DNA from: Escherichia phage vB_EcoM_Lh1B
Strand: one strand, 5' to 3'
Length of the DNA: 64,000 nt
Sequence record: OK428535.1
Every line of letters begins with the position of its first letter. The stretch's first letter is position 1. A model generated the notes under the pieces. It was not told where the DNA came from. It saw only the letters and a list, made by a program, of their open reading frames with translations, and searched no databases. The position numbers were made by a program, and so were the translations under genes. Shown in pieces: positions 16,151-25,891 of this stretch.

Positions 16151-18895
16151 TTAGAGGACGTTGTCTGGGTTNTCGTNGNTAGTTNNTTCACCACCTTCTG
16201 TGCCTTCCNTTCCCTCGGTAGTTNTTTCCGTGGTTTCGGTCGACTCAGTAGTTTCCTCTGTACTATCACCACCGGTGCCGTTATCCGTATCGAGATCGAG
16301 GTCTAAATCATCGTCACCCCCACCGCCGAGATCCCCATCGCCACCACCAGTGTCACCGCCCGCATCAAAACCACCACCGAATCCGCCGGAAGCATCATTA
16401 GGATCAAGGTCGGCATTCTTCGCTAACGTTTCCAGTCGCCCGGTGAAACGTTTCGCCAATTGAATCAGCGTTTTCGAAGCAGCCATCGCTTCATCAGTCA
16501 TCATGGTGATGTTGTCCTGACGAGAATCATCGTCGTAAACCAGATCGAAGAAGTCGGTTTCAATACCTTGTTTACGCAGCCAGTTGCGCGTATAGAAGGA
16601 CTTGATCATCGTCTTCAGATCGTTCGGGTCCATCGAGATGCCTTCTTGCTGGAGTTGCGCAGCAATGTCATCCGTTACAACCAGATCAGCCAGCTTCTCA
16701 AAGAACTCCGTACGTTTATCGAACAGCTCCATCTGCGAAGCTGCTGCCGATGTGTCGGGTGGTGGTAAGGTTACTTTCATACCGTTGATAAACGCAGCCA
16801 GATACTCAGAGACCTTTTTCGTAATCTGGTCAGTAGTCATCCCATTGCCGTTAGCATTGATGTACTCTGCAATGATTTTAATCATCGCTGATTGCAACGA
16901 CGGAGAGGCCAACATCCCATTAACTACGTAACGTGTCAGTGGCTTAGAGAGAATCTCTTGCTTCTTAACAACCTGCTGGGTGACCAGTAACGATTTAGAG
17001 AAGATCTGTGAAGCAAACTCGATGTTCTCGGGGGTCATTACCAGGTCAGGGTCAACACCTGCGATGTGACAAGTGCGACGTAACAGACCTTCGTCGAAAT
17101 CCTTATCCGGGTATTTATAATCCGGCGTAGTGTCCGACACAGACACTTTGGTACTACCGTAGTAGTCGTTACCAATAACGTTAAACGCAATACCTGCGTT
17201 TGTCGTCATTGCCCAGGTGTCGTTCATGTCCCCCCACATCGGTTGACGACGGTTATAGGAGTTCATGATGTCTGTTTTCAGCTGGTCAATTGTTTTCTGA
17301 CCGTTCATGTCATCTGGTGCCAACTCAATGTCGTACTGCATGTGACGTGCAGAGTTTAACACCGCAGAGTTCATGGTAGCGAACAACAGCGCCATACGGA
17401 CAGTAGAGATAACGAACGAGCGTTCGGTAATAGATACACCGATACCATCTTCATCAAAGTCCGTGGCAAAATAGCAAAGGTTTTCCGCAGGAATATAAAT
17501 AACCTGCGTATGGCGTTTTGCCAGATGGCGCGCCAGCATGATACGGCTGAACGTTTCGGTTACTGTCATGCTAATCTCAGCACCACCCAACGCCTCACCC
17601 AACGCTTTTGTCAGCTGGTCTTCAGCAATCTCACCATAACGCGCTGTTAAGCGGTTAGCAATGTCTGGTGTGATTCGGGTTGTGTTGCCCATCCCCAGAT
17701 TCGCGCGGTTGATTGTCGAATCTACCATACCGTCGTTGTTCAGGTAGTTCATGAAGTTCGCATCCCCGTAAAGTGTGGAACGCGAGTTAATGAAGTTACC
17801 CATTTCGTCAACGATGGCCAGATAACCTATGGGGTTACGAACATCGTCACCGATAACGAGTGGGAGTGTGGACTCTGCTGGCAGTAATCGTTCCGTGTAT
17901 TCGATTTTGTTGGCATCGGAGAAACTCATCTTCGGTACTTCGCCGTAAAGCTTTTGCTCAGGCGTTTTCTGGTACGCTTCGTTGAGGTCGCCGATGTTGA
18001 TTAAACCGAGTTTTGCCTTCTCTTGTTCGCTGTCTGTGAACTGGTCAGCGTTATACTCTGACGCACCTGTCGGCGTAGAAGGTTGTTCATATGCGTACTG
18101 CTCTAACTGACCGAACAGGCCGGTGCGAGCATTCTCCTGTGCCACACGGCGATAAGCCTCTGGTAGCAGGGTAATACGCGGGTTGTCGGTGATAACGATA
18201 TCCAGGGAAGCTAACATACCGTCTGCTTTAAACGGACTGTTAGGGGCTGATGCAAAGTTAAGTTTAATGGTTTGTGGCTTGGTGGGCTTGTCAGCGCCAC
18301 GTGCACGACCCAGAATACTTTCTACGCCAACCTTCGGTTTGTTTTCACCGCCAATCTTGCCCAGGATACCCAACTGACGTTCAAAGAAGTCAGATTGGCT
18401 ACGGCGCAACGATTCGGTTGCAACAGACGGCTTTAAGCCGAAGAGTTCATCGAATCCGGTATCTGAAATCAGCAACACCGGGCTCGCGCCTTTGGATTTC
18501 AGTGCATCGTAAATCCACTGATACAGTTTGTTGGGTAACTGGCGCGTGTGGTCATGGAATTCACGCACAGGTTCCAATAACTGCTGACGCAGGTCGATCG
18601 GGATATCAGCCACGTTGTCGTAAATCAGCGTGGTGTTAATCAAATCTTTTGTGGACAGGAGCGAGGAGGTCGCGATGGTAACAATGACCTCTAACTCAGG
18701 GAGCGCATCAAAGATACGTTCGGCATTTTTAACGGTGCGAATGCGGCTACTCGCAATGCCCGTGAGTTCTGTACGGGTTGGTGTAACGCCGCCATCTTCA
18801 CGCTTACCGCGTTGCTGCTGAGCCGACGGGCTCGTGGACTTACGCAGTATGGCAGCTACCGCGGGGTCGCCCGTTAATTTACTAATATCTTCCAT
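16151..18895 (-). CDS. large hypothetical protein (914 aa) with acidic Gly/Asp-rich C-terminal tail; possible portal
   Basis: 2.7-kb minus-strand ORF; GGAG RBS on minus strand; five genes away from putative capsid gene; portal call is speculative. Confidence 0.35.
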   Translation of the reverse strand: MEDISKLTGDPAVAAILRKSTSPSAQQQRGKREDGGVTPTRTELTGIASSRIRTVKNAERIFDALPELEVIVTIATSSLLSTKDLINTTLIYDNVADIPIDLRQQLLEPVREFHDHTRQLPNKLYQWIYDALKSKGASPVLLISDTGFDELFGLKPSVATESLRRSQSDFFERQLGILGKIGGENKPKVGVESILGRARGADKPTKPQTIKLNFASAPNSPFKADGMLASLDIVITDNPRITLLPEAYRRVAQENARTGLFGQLEQYAYEQPSTPTGASEYNADQFTDSEQEKAKLGLINIGDLNEAYQKTPEQKLYGEVPKMSFSDANKIEYTERLLPAESTLPLVIGDDVRNPIGYLAIVDEMGNFINSRSTLYGDANFMNYLNNDGMVDSTINRANLGMGNTTRITPDIANRLTARYGEIAEDQLTKALGEALGGAEISMTVTETFSRIMLARHLAKRHTQVIYIPAENLCYFATDFDEDGIGVSITERSFVISTVRMALLFATMNSAVLNSARHMQYDIELAPDDMNGQKTIDQLKTDIMNSYNRRQPMWGDMNDTWAMTTNAGIAFNVIGNDYYGSTKVSVSDTTPDYKYPDKDFDEGLLRRTCHIAGVDPDLVMTPENIEFASQIFSKSLLVTQQVVKKQEILSKPLTRYVVNGMLASPSLQSAMIKIIAEYINANGNGMTTDQITKKVSEYLAAFINGMKVTLPPPDTSAAASQMELFDKRTEFFEKLADLVVTDDIAAQLQQEGISMDPNDLKTMIKSFYTRNWLRKQGIETDFFDLVYDDDSRQDNITMMTDEAMAASKTLIQLAKRFTGRLETLAKNADLDPNDASGGFGGGFDAGGDTGGGDGDLGGGGDDDLDLDLDTDNGTGGDSTEETTESTETTEXTTEGXEGTEGGEXTXXXNPDNVL

Positions 18896-18906
18896 TGGGG
18901 TCTCCG

Positions 18907-21090
18907 ATGCAGAGATTTAACATTTTTCGTGACCAGGCTATCCAGTTAGCGAAATCCCTGATTGTCAAATCAGAGAGCATCGCACAACAGATGAACCTGG
19001 CAATAACCAAAAACGGCGGTTTCGTTTCCGAGAACCGTGAGACGTGGCGGTATTACCTACACTTAGCAGGTAAACGACATGCAATCGACAAGCCGATATA
19101 CATTACGTCACTCGACACGCAAGAGCAGATAGAGTTAACGACGCAGAACCTCTCCCGTCATAAAAAGACCTCAAACGTATATCGTTCTAACCCGGAGTAT
19201 ATCGACGACTTAATCGCCGAGTATCCGGACTACGCAGTATACATTCGCGGTACTTTCAATCCGATTGATATTGCATACGCGATACGTGTCGATGACTGCT
19301 CAATTTTGTATTACGATCCTGCTTTAGTTGAACCGCAGGAGACGTCGTTAATTACACATATTGAGAACTTTATTCGTGCAGCACATGTGCGTTTCATGGC
19401 TGATGGCTGGAAAGTTCACAACGACTGTTTCGTACTGGCCTTTTACATGCAGCAGTACCCGGTGTGGCCGGGGCTTATCATGTACATCCGCAAACGGTTA
19501 CAGTTTACGACCGAAACGCACTCCTACTACGTGACCGAGTTCTTGGCTTCGCACCAAGAACTGCACGAGTTCATGCCGTACCTGACCCTCAAGCAGAAAT
19601 TCACACTGTATCGCAATATCCGTTACTGGGAACGTAACTCTGGTAAGGAAGAAATCTTTACCTGGATGATTGACACCCTGCTGACGGGTTGGGGTATGCC
19701 TGCTGTTGGATATAAGGTCGCCCAGCAGATTCACGACCCGACGACGGGCAGTGACGATGACCTGACACCACTCCCGATCGGCTACCAGTCATCGCTTAAC
19801 TATACTGAACGTGACTCGGGCCGTGACCTGGACATTGTTAGCACAACTGACATCATCCAGAAAGAAATCAATCTGGCGTACAATAACCCAGTGCACGAAC
19901 CTGACTATCAGGAAGACCTCGATCGGCGTTTGAGCTTGACGCAGTATCCGAACCTGCCAACGAAGTTAGTTGAGGTAACGGCGATTGACCCAGAGGCCAT
20001 CGAACGTTGGGAATTTATGCATGGCTTGTTCAACGAGTGGATGCATATCGTGGCACGTGGACAGTACAACATTTACCACGAAATTCTTAACCCAACGAAC
20101 GGGGATACGCTAAAGCTCACTTCAAAAGAGCTGCTGGCACTGTTCTTGTATGCGAGCTTCAAAGGTTATTCGGGTGTAGCACTGGATAAAATCCCGGTGT
20201 GGAACGTGTTTGGTGTGCTAATCAAACGCTGGGTTGGTTTTGATGAGATGGAGCAGCATCTGCCAAGCTCATGGCCCGGCCGTTTTAATGCGTTGATTAA
20301 CTATTACACGGACACGCATCATGAAGTTATCGGTAATTTGATGTCTGCAGATGAGTTGTACGATGAAATCAGCGAAATCATGGTGCAGAAGCGTCGTCGT
20401 TACCGTTACTCGTATAATCGACACAAGCTAGCCGACCGTGCTGCTGGCACAATGCTGTTTACCTACCATTACCGTGACTATAAGTGCGATCTTGACCTAC
20501 CTTACCGCGATTACGACGAGTTCTTCAAAACGTTTGGTTTTGATTACGAGTTAGTCTCCGCGGAAACCTGGCAGGACATCGCCACCGACGCTTTAAACGT
20601 GGCCACTAATCTGGAAACACGTGCGTCTGTCTCACAAGCTGAAATACAACGCGCGATGGTGCGGTTAATGACGAAACTCTCGTCGTATACTGTCCATTTT
20701 GCCGCACGTATGGGTTCTGACACCTACGATGTCACCGACCCAGTCATCCCGATTCTGGATGATATTCTCGCAGAGGCTGCCGATACAACAAATATCATTT
20801 ACCCTCTGACAGACGTGCAGCGTGTGAGCCGTAGTTCATTCATGACGACGGATAAGCCCATCCCTGTCGCTCCCGTGATAAAGGAAATGGCAATCCCGCA
20901 ACGTATTAAGTTGCGGATGAATGTCTACCCTGGTATCCGCGTGAAGGTCGAGCAGGATGTTGTGATCGATATGGTACAGCCACCTATTGATGTTATCCGT
21001 GTGCGGACGTCATTTGAGGAGTGGACGCTTGCCGAGCGCGTGGCCGACCGTGACATGGATGGCTTCCGGCTAGACCAATTACCAAAGTGA
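18907..21090 (+). CDS. hypothetical protein (727 aa)
   Basis: Long ORF; first ATG at 18907 (ORF track begins at a TTG at 18895). Confidence 0.6.
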   Translation: MQRFNIFRDQAIQLAKSLIVKSESIAQQMNLAITKNGGFVSENRETWRYYLHLAGKRHAIDKPIYITSLDTQEQIELTTQNLSRHKKTSNVYRSNPEYIDDLIAEYPDYAVYIRGTFNPIDIAYAIRVDDCSILYYDPALVEPQETSLITHIENFIRAAHVRFMADGWKVHNDCFVLAFYMQQYPVWPGLIMYIRKRLQFTTETHSYYVTEFLASHQELHEFMPYLTLKQKFTLYRNIRYWERNSGKEEIFTWMIDTLLTGWGMPAVGYKVAQQIHDPTTGSDDDLTPLPIGYQSSLNYTERDSGRDLDIVSTTDIIQKEINLAYNNPVHEPDYQEDLDRRLSLTQYPNLPTKLVEVTAIDPEAIERWEFMHGLFNEWMHIVARGQYNIYHEILNPTNGDTLKLTSKELLALFLYASFKGYSGVALDKIPVWNVFGVLIKRWVGFDEMEQHLPSSWPGRFNALINYYTDTHHEVIGNLMSADELYDEISEIMVQKRRRYRYSYNRHKLADRAAGTMLFTYHYRDYKCDLDLPYRDYDEFFKTFGFDYELVSAETWQDIATDALNVATNLETRASVSQAEIQRAMVRLMTKLSSYTVHFAARMGSDTYDVTDPVIPILDDILAEAADTTNIIYPLTDVQRVSRSSFMTTDKPIPVAPVIKEMAIPQRIKLRMNVYPGIRVKVEQDVVIDMVQPPIDVIRVRTSFEEWTLAERVADRDMDGFRLDQLPK

Positions 21091-21097
21091 GAGACTT

Positions 21098-21625
21098 ATG
21101 GGATACCGTATAGATTTATCAAAAACCCCGAAACAGATTCTGGTTGAGAGAATCAATTACGTTTTTAAGTTATCGTATAGTGAAAATAACTACGAGTTTA
21201 ACCCACGNGGGGTGTGGCCGCNAACCNAAGNAGNGNGNCGCGNTAANGGTGTGGAGTNTAAAGTTGCGGNGCGCTTTGTAAATGGGGTACACGGCACTCA
21301 AGAGTTTTACCTGACTCGTGCGGACTTAAACAAGTTACTTAAAGACGTAACGGTTGAAGTCCCGAAGGGTGCGGCAGAATGGAGCCATGAATTAGTTCCG
21401 TATATTGTCGATGAGCTGGGTCTCCAGCTTGACACCTACGATATCATGGTTGAACCGATTACCCCAGAAATGGAATCGTATGAGGCGCGTTTAATCCCGC
21501 ACCATCTATCTTTCAAAGGCACGATTGCGATTACTTTTGTTGACCCAACTCCCCGTAAGCTGGCGCAGCTGGTAACTAAACGGGCACTCGACGGGTTTCG
21601 CCCAGGAGAATTTTTAAATGGCTAA
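21098..21625 (+). CDS. hypothetical protein (175 aa)
   Basis: ORF with Ns; overlaps the next start by 8 nt. Confidence 0.5.
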   Translation: MGYRIDLSKTPKQILVERINYVFKLSYSENNYEFNPXGVWPXTXXXXRXXGVEXKVAXRFVNGVHGTQEFYLTRADLNKLLKDVTVEVPKGAAEWSHELVPYIVDELGLQLDTYDIMVEPITPEMESYEARLIPHHLSFKGTIAITFVDPTPRKLAQLVTKRALDGFRPGEFLNG

Positions 21626-22505
21626 CACCAAAGTTTACGATGGTAAACTGTCAACAGTGACTCTTAACGCGATGCGACTTACGACCGCGTTATTGACAGG
21701 TGCTGACGTNCAGTACCCACAGAAATCCACGATGAACGAGTTTTATAAACTCATGACCTCGAAAGTTCCCGATGGCGCTACACGTCCGCATTTAGGATAC
21801 ATGTGCGTGGGTAACCGTGGTCACATCGTTGATCAGTCTGATGTTGTGGCAGACGTTGTTCCCGTCGCGAAATCCCCGATTGCGTCAGGGATGTTCTCGC
21901 GCGTTCCATTGGTACTGCGTACGTTGGATAATGACTTGTCTGATGAGCAACGTAAACAGTACGCTTTCCGTACTCGTGAAACTATCGGCGCGCGGGATTA
22001 CTGGGCGTATTNTCTGAAACGTATCGACATGCGCGCAGTGAAGACCACTGACCTGGATATCACTCGCGAAAACGGTGTTGAAACCGTCAAAGATTTCGTC
22101 TATACCGATGCGGAACTGAACCCGGTACCGAAAGAACTCCCAGACTACGATTACGACGATGATGGCACTGTAGAGATCCCCGACGGTCGTTATGTTGAAT
22201 CGGGCGCAGACCTGGTGATTCCATGGACTGAGTTTGATGTTCAGGAATACATGAACGTGACGGCGATTCTACGTGGTACGCCACGCAGTTCGATTATCTC
22301 TGAAATTGCGCTGTGCTCTGGCGTTGATACCCCTGAAACGGGTGAGTCGGCTACCGGTTCACAGTTCAGCTACGACGAAGCTATCGGTGTGCAGGCGTTG
22401 TACTACATCTCCCTGTTCACTAACCTGGCACAGACCAACGATCGTCTGTCGCTGACCATCCGTATCGGCCAGCCGGCACCGTGGTTCTTAGGGACAGCTA
22501 ACTGA
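21618..22505 (+). CDS. hypothetical protein (295 aa)
   Basis: ORF; stop overlaps next start (TGATG). Confidence 0.55.
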   Translation: MANTKVYDGKLSTVTLNAMRLTTALLTGADXQYPQKSTMNEFYKLMTSKVPDGATRPHLGYMCVGNRGHIVDQSDVVADVVPVAKSPIASGMFSRVPLVLRTLDNDLSDEQRKQYAFRTRETIGARDYWAYXLKRIDMRAVKTTDLDITRENGVETVKDFVYTDAELNPVPKELPDYDYDDDGTVEIPDGRYVESGADLVIPWTEFDVQEYMNVTAILRGTPRSSIISEIALCSGVDTPETGESATGSQFSYDEAIGVQALYYISLFTNLAQTNDRLSLTIRIGQPAPWFLGTAN

Positions 22506-23155
22506 TGCTGATTCCTGAGCCGAGGTTACCCGACAGTATGGTGAGGATTGCGGCTGTTGACCCCGGTACTGCCCATCTTGGGATGGCGGTTATCGACTGG
22601 GAATTTGGCCAACCTCAAGGTGAAGTTGTCTGGGCGGGCACGGCTCATGTTGCGGACCCTACNCACAATGGCTCTTTTNGTGAGTGCGTAGGGAAACGCG
22701 ANGCGNGTTTGGTAGAATTANAANAACNCTTTNGNGNNTTTTTAAAANTGGCAAGGCCGACTTTTGTCGCTACCGAAACTCCGTTCATGCGAAGAGCTAA
22801 GCTCTCAGCGTACGAATCTGGGGTGGAATTGCAACTGATGTTGCGGCGAACGCTTTGGGACGTGTTTCCCGAAAAATATCTCCATGGGTTTAATCCTATT
22901 ATTGTGAAGTCGTACGTTGGTGTGGAAGCAAAGGGTACAGATAAATCGCATATGCAACAAGCGGTGACCAAACTCTACGCGAACCATACCCGGTGCGACT
23001 TATCGGTATTGGATGAACACAGTATCGATGCCGTGGCGGTGGGTAATATNTTCGTCAGGGTCAACTTNTTAAACCTAAANAGTCTTNTTCCGCCCAAGGT
23101 TAAAGTTCCTAAAGCTAAGGCCGGTAAGCAGAAAGGAAGACGCCGGNGGAAATAG
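22505..23155 (+). CDS. RuvC-like Holliday junction resolvase
   Basis: IAAVDPGTAHLGMAV, ATETPF and DEHSIDAVAVG resemble the RuvC catalytic motifs; Ns inside. Confidence 0.5.
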   Translation: MLIPEPRLPDSMVRIAAVDPGTAHLGMAVIDWEFGQPQGEVVWAGTAHVADPXHNGSFXECVGKRXAXLVELXXXFXXFLKXARPTFVATETPFMRRAKLSAYESGVELQLMLRRTLWDVFPEKYLHGFNPIIVKSYVGVEAKGTDKSHMQQAVTKLYANHTRCDLSVLDEHSIDAVAVGNXFVRVNXLNLXSLXPPKVKVPKAKAGKQKGRRRXK

Positions 23156-23157
23156 CG

Positions 23158-23730
23158 ATGTCGCAGTCTTTGCAAGAAGCCTCGACGGATGTGTTGGATG
23201 TTCTTATCCAGGCGGGCACCAATAAATTAAGCCTGGAAGAGAGTAACCGACTAAAAACAGCCGCCCAGACCGCTTTGGGAAGNGATGTTGAAATTGATGT
23301 CACTAAACCTGCTAACGTGATTCTTACTTCTTTACGCCCCCTCATCCTTGNGCAGGNGGGGAACATGGCGAAAACGTTTGAATCGCAAGCAAAAGCCGCC
23401 GTAGAAAGCATGGATGAAAAGCTCGCCAAAGAAACGTTATTGACCCTGTGGCCAAATTTGAAAGGTCCGCAGAAAGTCCTTATCGTTTTGTTGGTGCTGA
23501 CCACTGTGGTGATTACTGGCGCGATGGCCTGGGACACGCACCTGCATTATCCACAGGAGTTAACGGATGTGCTGATTGTGGCGCTCTTACCTTTGTTTGC
23601 TCAGGCCGTGTTCTTTACATGGCCGATTAAGACGCTTGCTTACAATTCGATGGCCATTGGTGCCAAGGTTGTTGAATACAAGCTGAATAAGAGCAACGCG
23701 AAGCAACAGACTACCGCACCTAAAGAGTAA
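23158..23730 (+). CDS. membrane protein (190 aa, two predicted transmembrane helices)
   Basis: Hydrophobic segments VLIVLLVLTTVVITGAMAW and VLIVALLPLFAQAVFF; terminator downstream. Confidence 0.5.
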   Translation: MSQSLQEASTDVLDVLIQAGTNKLSLEESNRLKTAAQTALGXDVEIDVTKPANVILTSLRPLILXQXGNMAKTFESQAKAAVESMDEKLAKETLLTLWPNLKGPQKVLIVLLVLTTVVITGAMAWDTHLHYPQELTDVLIVALLPLFAQAVFFTWPIKTLAYNSMAIGAKVVEYKLNKSNAKQQTTAPKE

Positions 23731-23734
23731 TTAA

Positions 23735-23777
23735 GCCCTCTTCTCCTCCTGGAGAAGAGGCTTCTTATTTTTTTTAT
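23735..23777 (+). terminator. rho-independent terminator
   Basis: GCCCTCTTCTCC...GGAGAAGAGGC hairpin followed by long T-run. Confidence 0.7.
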
Positions 23778-23827
23778 TACGTCTACGTAAATTACTGTGT
23801 AAGCACGGCCCAAAAGGAATATAAAAA

Positions 23828-24466
23828 ATGCAATTACAATTTCGTCAACGGTCTGTACTACTACCGTTTAGCGCTATATTAGGTTCGTTTACCAAAATGC
23901 TGTCTGTGGATTTTACTGCAGCTGAGAAAGAAGCGCTGTTATTGGCGGCAGTCGAAGAAGTATTGTGGGAGGCGTTTTACGTAGTGCCGTTTCGTAGCTG
24001 CTTAAACGCCCCGTATGTTGAAGGGCAGTTTGTCAGCGCGCTTTCCGCTGCAATTACCAAACGTAAACTAAATGCCATGGCACACGTCAAAGAGATCACC
24101 GCGCAACGAGGACGGATATTCGCTACCGTCAGAAATGTGTTAATTAAAGAAGGGTTTCTTGCAGATGCGTTAGGTCCCGAAGTTCCTTGGGAACCAGGCC
24201 ATCCGCCGCGTCAGTTTGACCACGGGTACAAGTTAAGTATAATTATGCCACGCGGTAAGCGTGACGTCTCATTGGGGAAATGGTTACAGATAAGTTGGGT
24301 TCGTCCTACTATCGATTGGCAAGAAATGTCGGTCAATCGCTATCTGGAACACCTGGCAAAAACACCGGCACAGTTTCACCGTTCAACAATCCTGCCGCTA
24401 CACTTGCTGTTAAAACCGTCCCTGTCATTGGCAGAAGCCAGATACCTGCTTAGTGGAGAGAAGTGA
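23828..24466 (+). CDS. hypothetical protein (212 aa)
   Basis: ORF with AAGGAA RBS. Confidence 0.5.
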   Translation: MQLQFRQRSVLLPFSAILGSFTKMLSVDFTAAEKEALLLAAVEEVLWEAFYVVPFRSCLNAPYVEGQFVSALSAAITKRKLNAMAHVKEITAQRGRIFATVRNVLIKEGFLADALGPEVPWEPGHPPRQFDHGYKLSIIMPRGKRDVSLGKWLQISWVRPTIDWQEMSVNRYLEHLAKTPAQFHRSTILPLHLLLKPSLSLAEARYLLSGEK

Positions 24467-24948
24467 TGCTTGTTATTAATGTGGTCGAGGATAAGATTCC
24501 CGCGAATGTTTATCCTGAACTGGTTGAATGGGTGCGCGACTTAAACAGTATCCGCGAGGAGCCTATTAAACTCACGATGTTTGTTGAGGATGATATCGTG
24601 CGGGGAATCATGGCATGGGAACCTGGCCATTTGGTCTATATGGTTGTGCCCGAAGAATCGCGGCGGGGCGGTGTCGGCAGATTTATGCTTAAGTATCTTC
24701 AGCAGAACTCCGATCGTAAACACATCAGCTGTCGTGTTCACCCGACCAACATTCCCGCGCTAGGATTCTTTCACCAACAAGGCTTCCAGATTGACCGATG
24801 GTATATTGCTGCTGACGGCCAACGGTATTTTCGTATGACGAACTACAATGTTATTTCGTCACACACGCCGCCGGAGGAAAAGCTTTTAACTCATTACGCT
24901 GAAAGCGTTCCCATTTTTCTTTCGATGGCAGAAGGTCATTTCGTCTAA
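24466..24948 (+). CDS. GNAT-family N-acetyltransferase
   Basis: Motif A-like RRGGVGRFML and motif B-like ALGFFHQQGFQ; ATG overlaps upstream stop. Confidence 0.6.
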   Translation: MLVINVVEDKIPANVYPELVEWVRDLNSIREEPIKLTMFVEDDIVRGIMAWEPGHLVYMVVPEESRRGGVGRFMLKYLQQNSDRKHISCRVHPTNIPALGFFHQQGFQIDRWYIAADGQRYFRMTNYNVISSHTPPEEKLLTHYAESVPIFLSMAEGHFV

Positions 24949-24965
24949 ACGAGCGAGAGTGTATA

Positions 24966-25442
24966 ATGATACGTGTTGCTTACGAAACACGAGATACGGA
25001 TGGAACCCGTATAAACGTCATCCGCCGTGTGGAGCTTGTTCCTCAGCATGAACTGAATATTGCAGACAGTTCGCTTAGGGGCACTCCTGTTAAGATTCTG
25101 AATCTTACGAGATGTTCTTTTCATCACAGTAAGACATCACCAGCAATACGGTCCAGTAAAAGAAAAAGTTATGCCGATTTAAAACGTCGGTTGTCCCGGC
25201 ATTTTCGTCGGAGTGCCTGGAAGGCTTTAGTTGAGGTTTTGGTCGACGAGCACCTTNTCCAGAGGTTGGAGTGGGAAGAAGTTCTCAAGGAAGCGGGCTA
25301 TCCAACAAAACCTTTCTCTTATCACTGGCATCACTTCAAAAAACAGTTCCATGATGCCTTACAGGTATCGCCAAACACTCGCAACATGATTCACCGTTTG
25401 GAGAAAATGGACTGGCTTCTACCCTATCTGGAAGAGGACTAG
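24966..25442 (+). CDS. hypothetical basic protein (158 aa)
   Basis: ORF only. Confidence 0.45.
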   Translation: MIRVAYETRDTDGTRINVIRRVELVPQHELNIADSSLRGTPVKILNLTRCSFHHSKTSPAIRSSKRKSYADLKRRLSRHFRRSAWKALVEVLVDEHLXQRLEWEEVLKEAGYPTKPFSYHWHHFKKQFHDALQVSPNTRNMIHRLEKMDWLLPYLEED

Positions 25443-25444
25443 AT

Positions 25445-25834
25445 ATGATGCGTGCTGTATTAGCTGTGTTTATAATTTGCGTTACTACGTCAGTATACGC
25501 GTTTACTGTTCAGGACTTCCCGCAATACAAACCAATGTGGGAAACTGACGCACCTGTGAAATTCAGCGACAAAGATGAACCAGTCGTGTCGGTGGAGAAG
25601 GGTGAGTTTGCCGTGGTCAACTACGGACGTTCTGAACTGTGTCCAGGCGGTGGCTTTTATCTCATTAACACAAAGCGTAAGACGTACCAGCCGATAGATG
25701 CCGGTACGTGTTCGCCGAAAGTTAAAGCGACAATTGTCCCGTCAGTACGAACACATCGCAGCGTTAATACCCACCAGTTAACTTTTTGGGTAGGTAAAGA
25801 AATTTCCGCGCGGTATCCTTTGTACGATTACTAA
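25445..25834 (+). CDS. secreted or periplasmic protein (129 aa) with N-terminal signal peptide
   Basis: MMRAVLAVFIICVTTSVYA followed by a Cys-containing mature region. Confidence 0.55.
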   Translation: MMRAVLAVFIICVTTSVYAFTVQDFPQYKPMWETDAPVKFSDKDEPVVSVEKGEFAVVNYGRSELCPGGGFYLINTKRKTYQPIDAGTCSPKVKATIVPSVRTHRSVNTHQLTFWVGKEISARYPLYDY

Positions 25835-25842
25835 ACACAGCG

Positions 25843-25880
25843 TATAGGGGCTTCGGCCCCTATACTGTTTATTATTTTCC
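25843..25880 (+). terminator. rho-independent terminator (UUCG loop)
   Basis: TATAGGGGC-TTCG-GCCCCTATA followed by T-rich run. Confidence 0.65.
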
Positions 25881-25891
25881 TGTGAAGTATT

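Noticed and set aside
18895-18906. TTG start for the 731-aa ORF at 18895
   Set aside because: That would overlap the start codon of the divergent minus-strand gene. The ATG at 18907 is the more plausible start.
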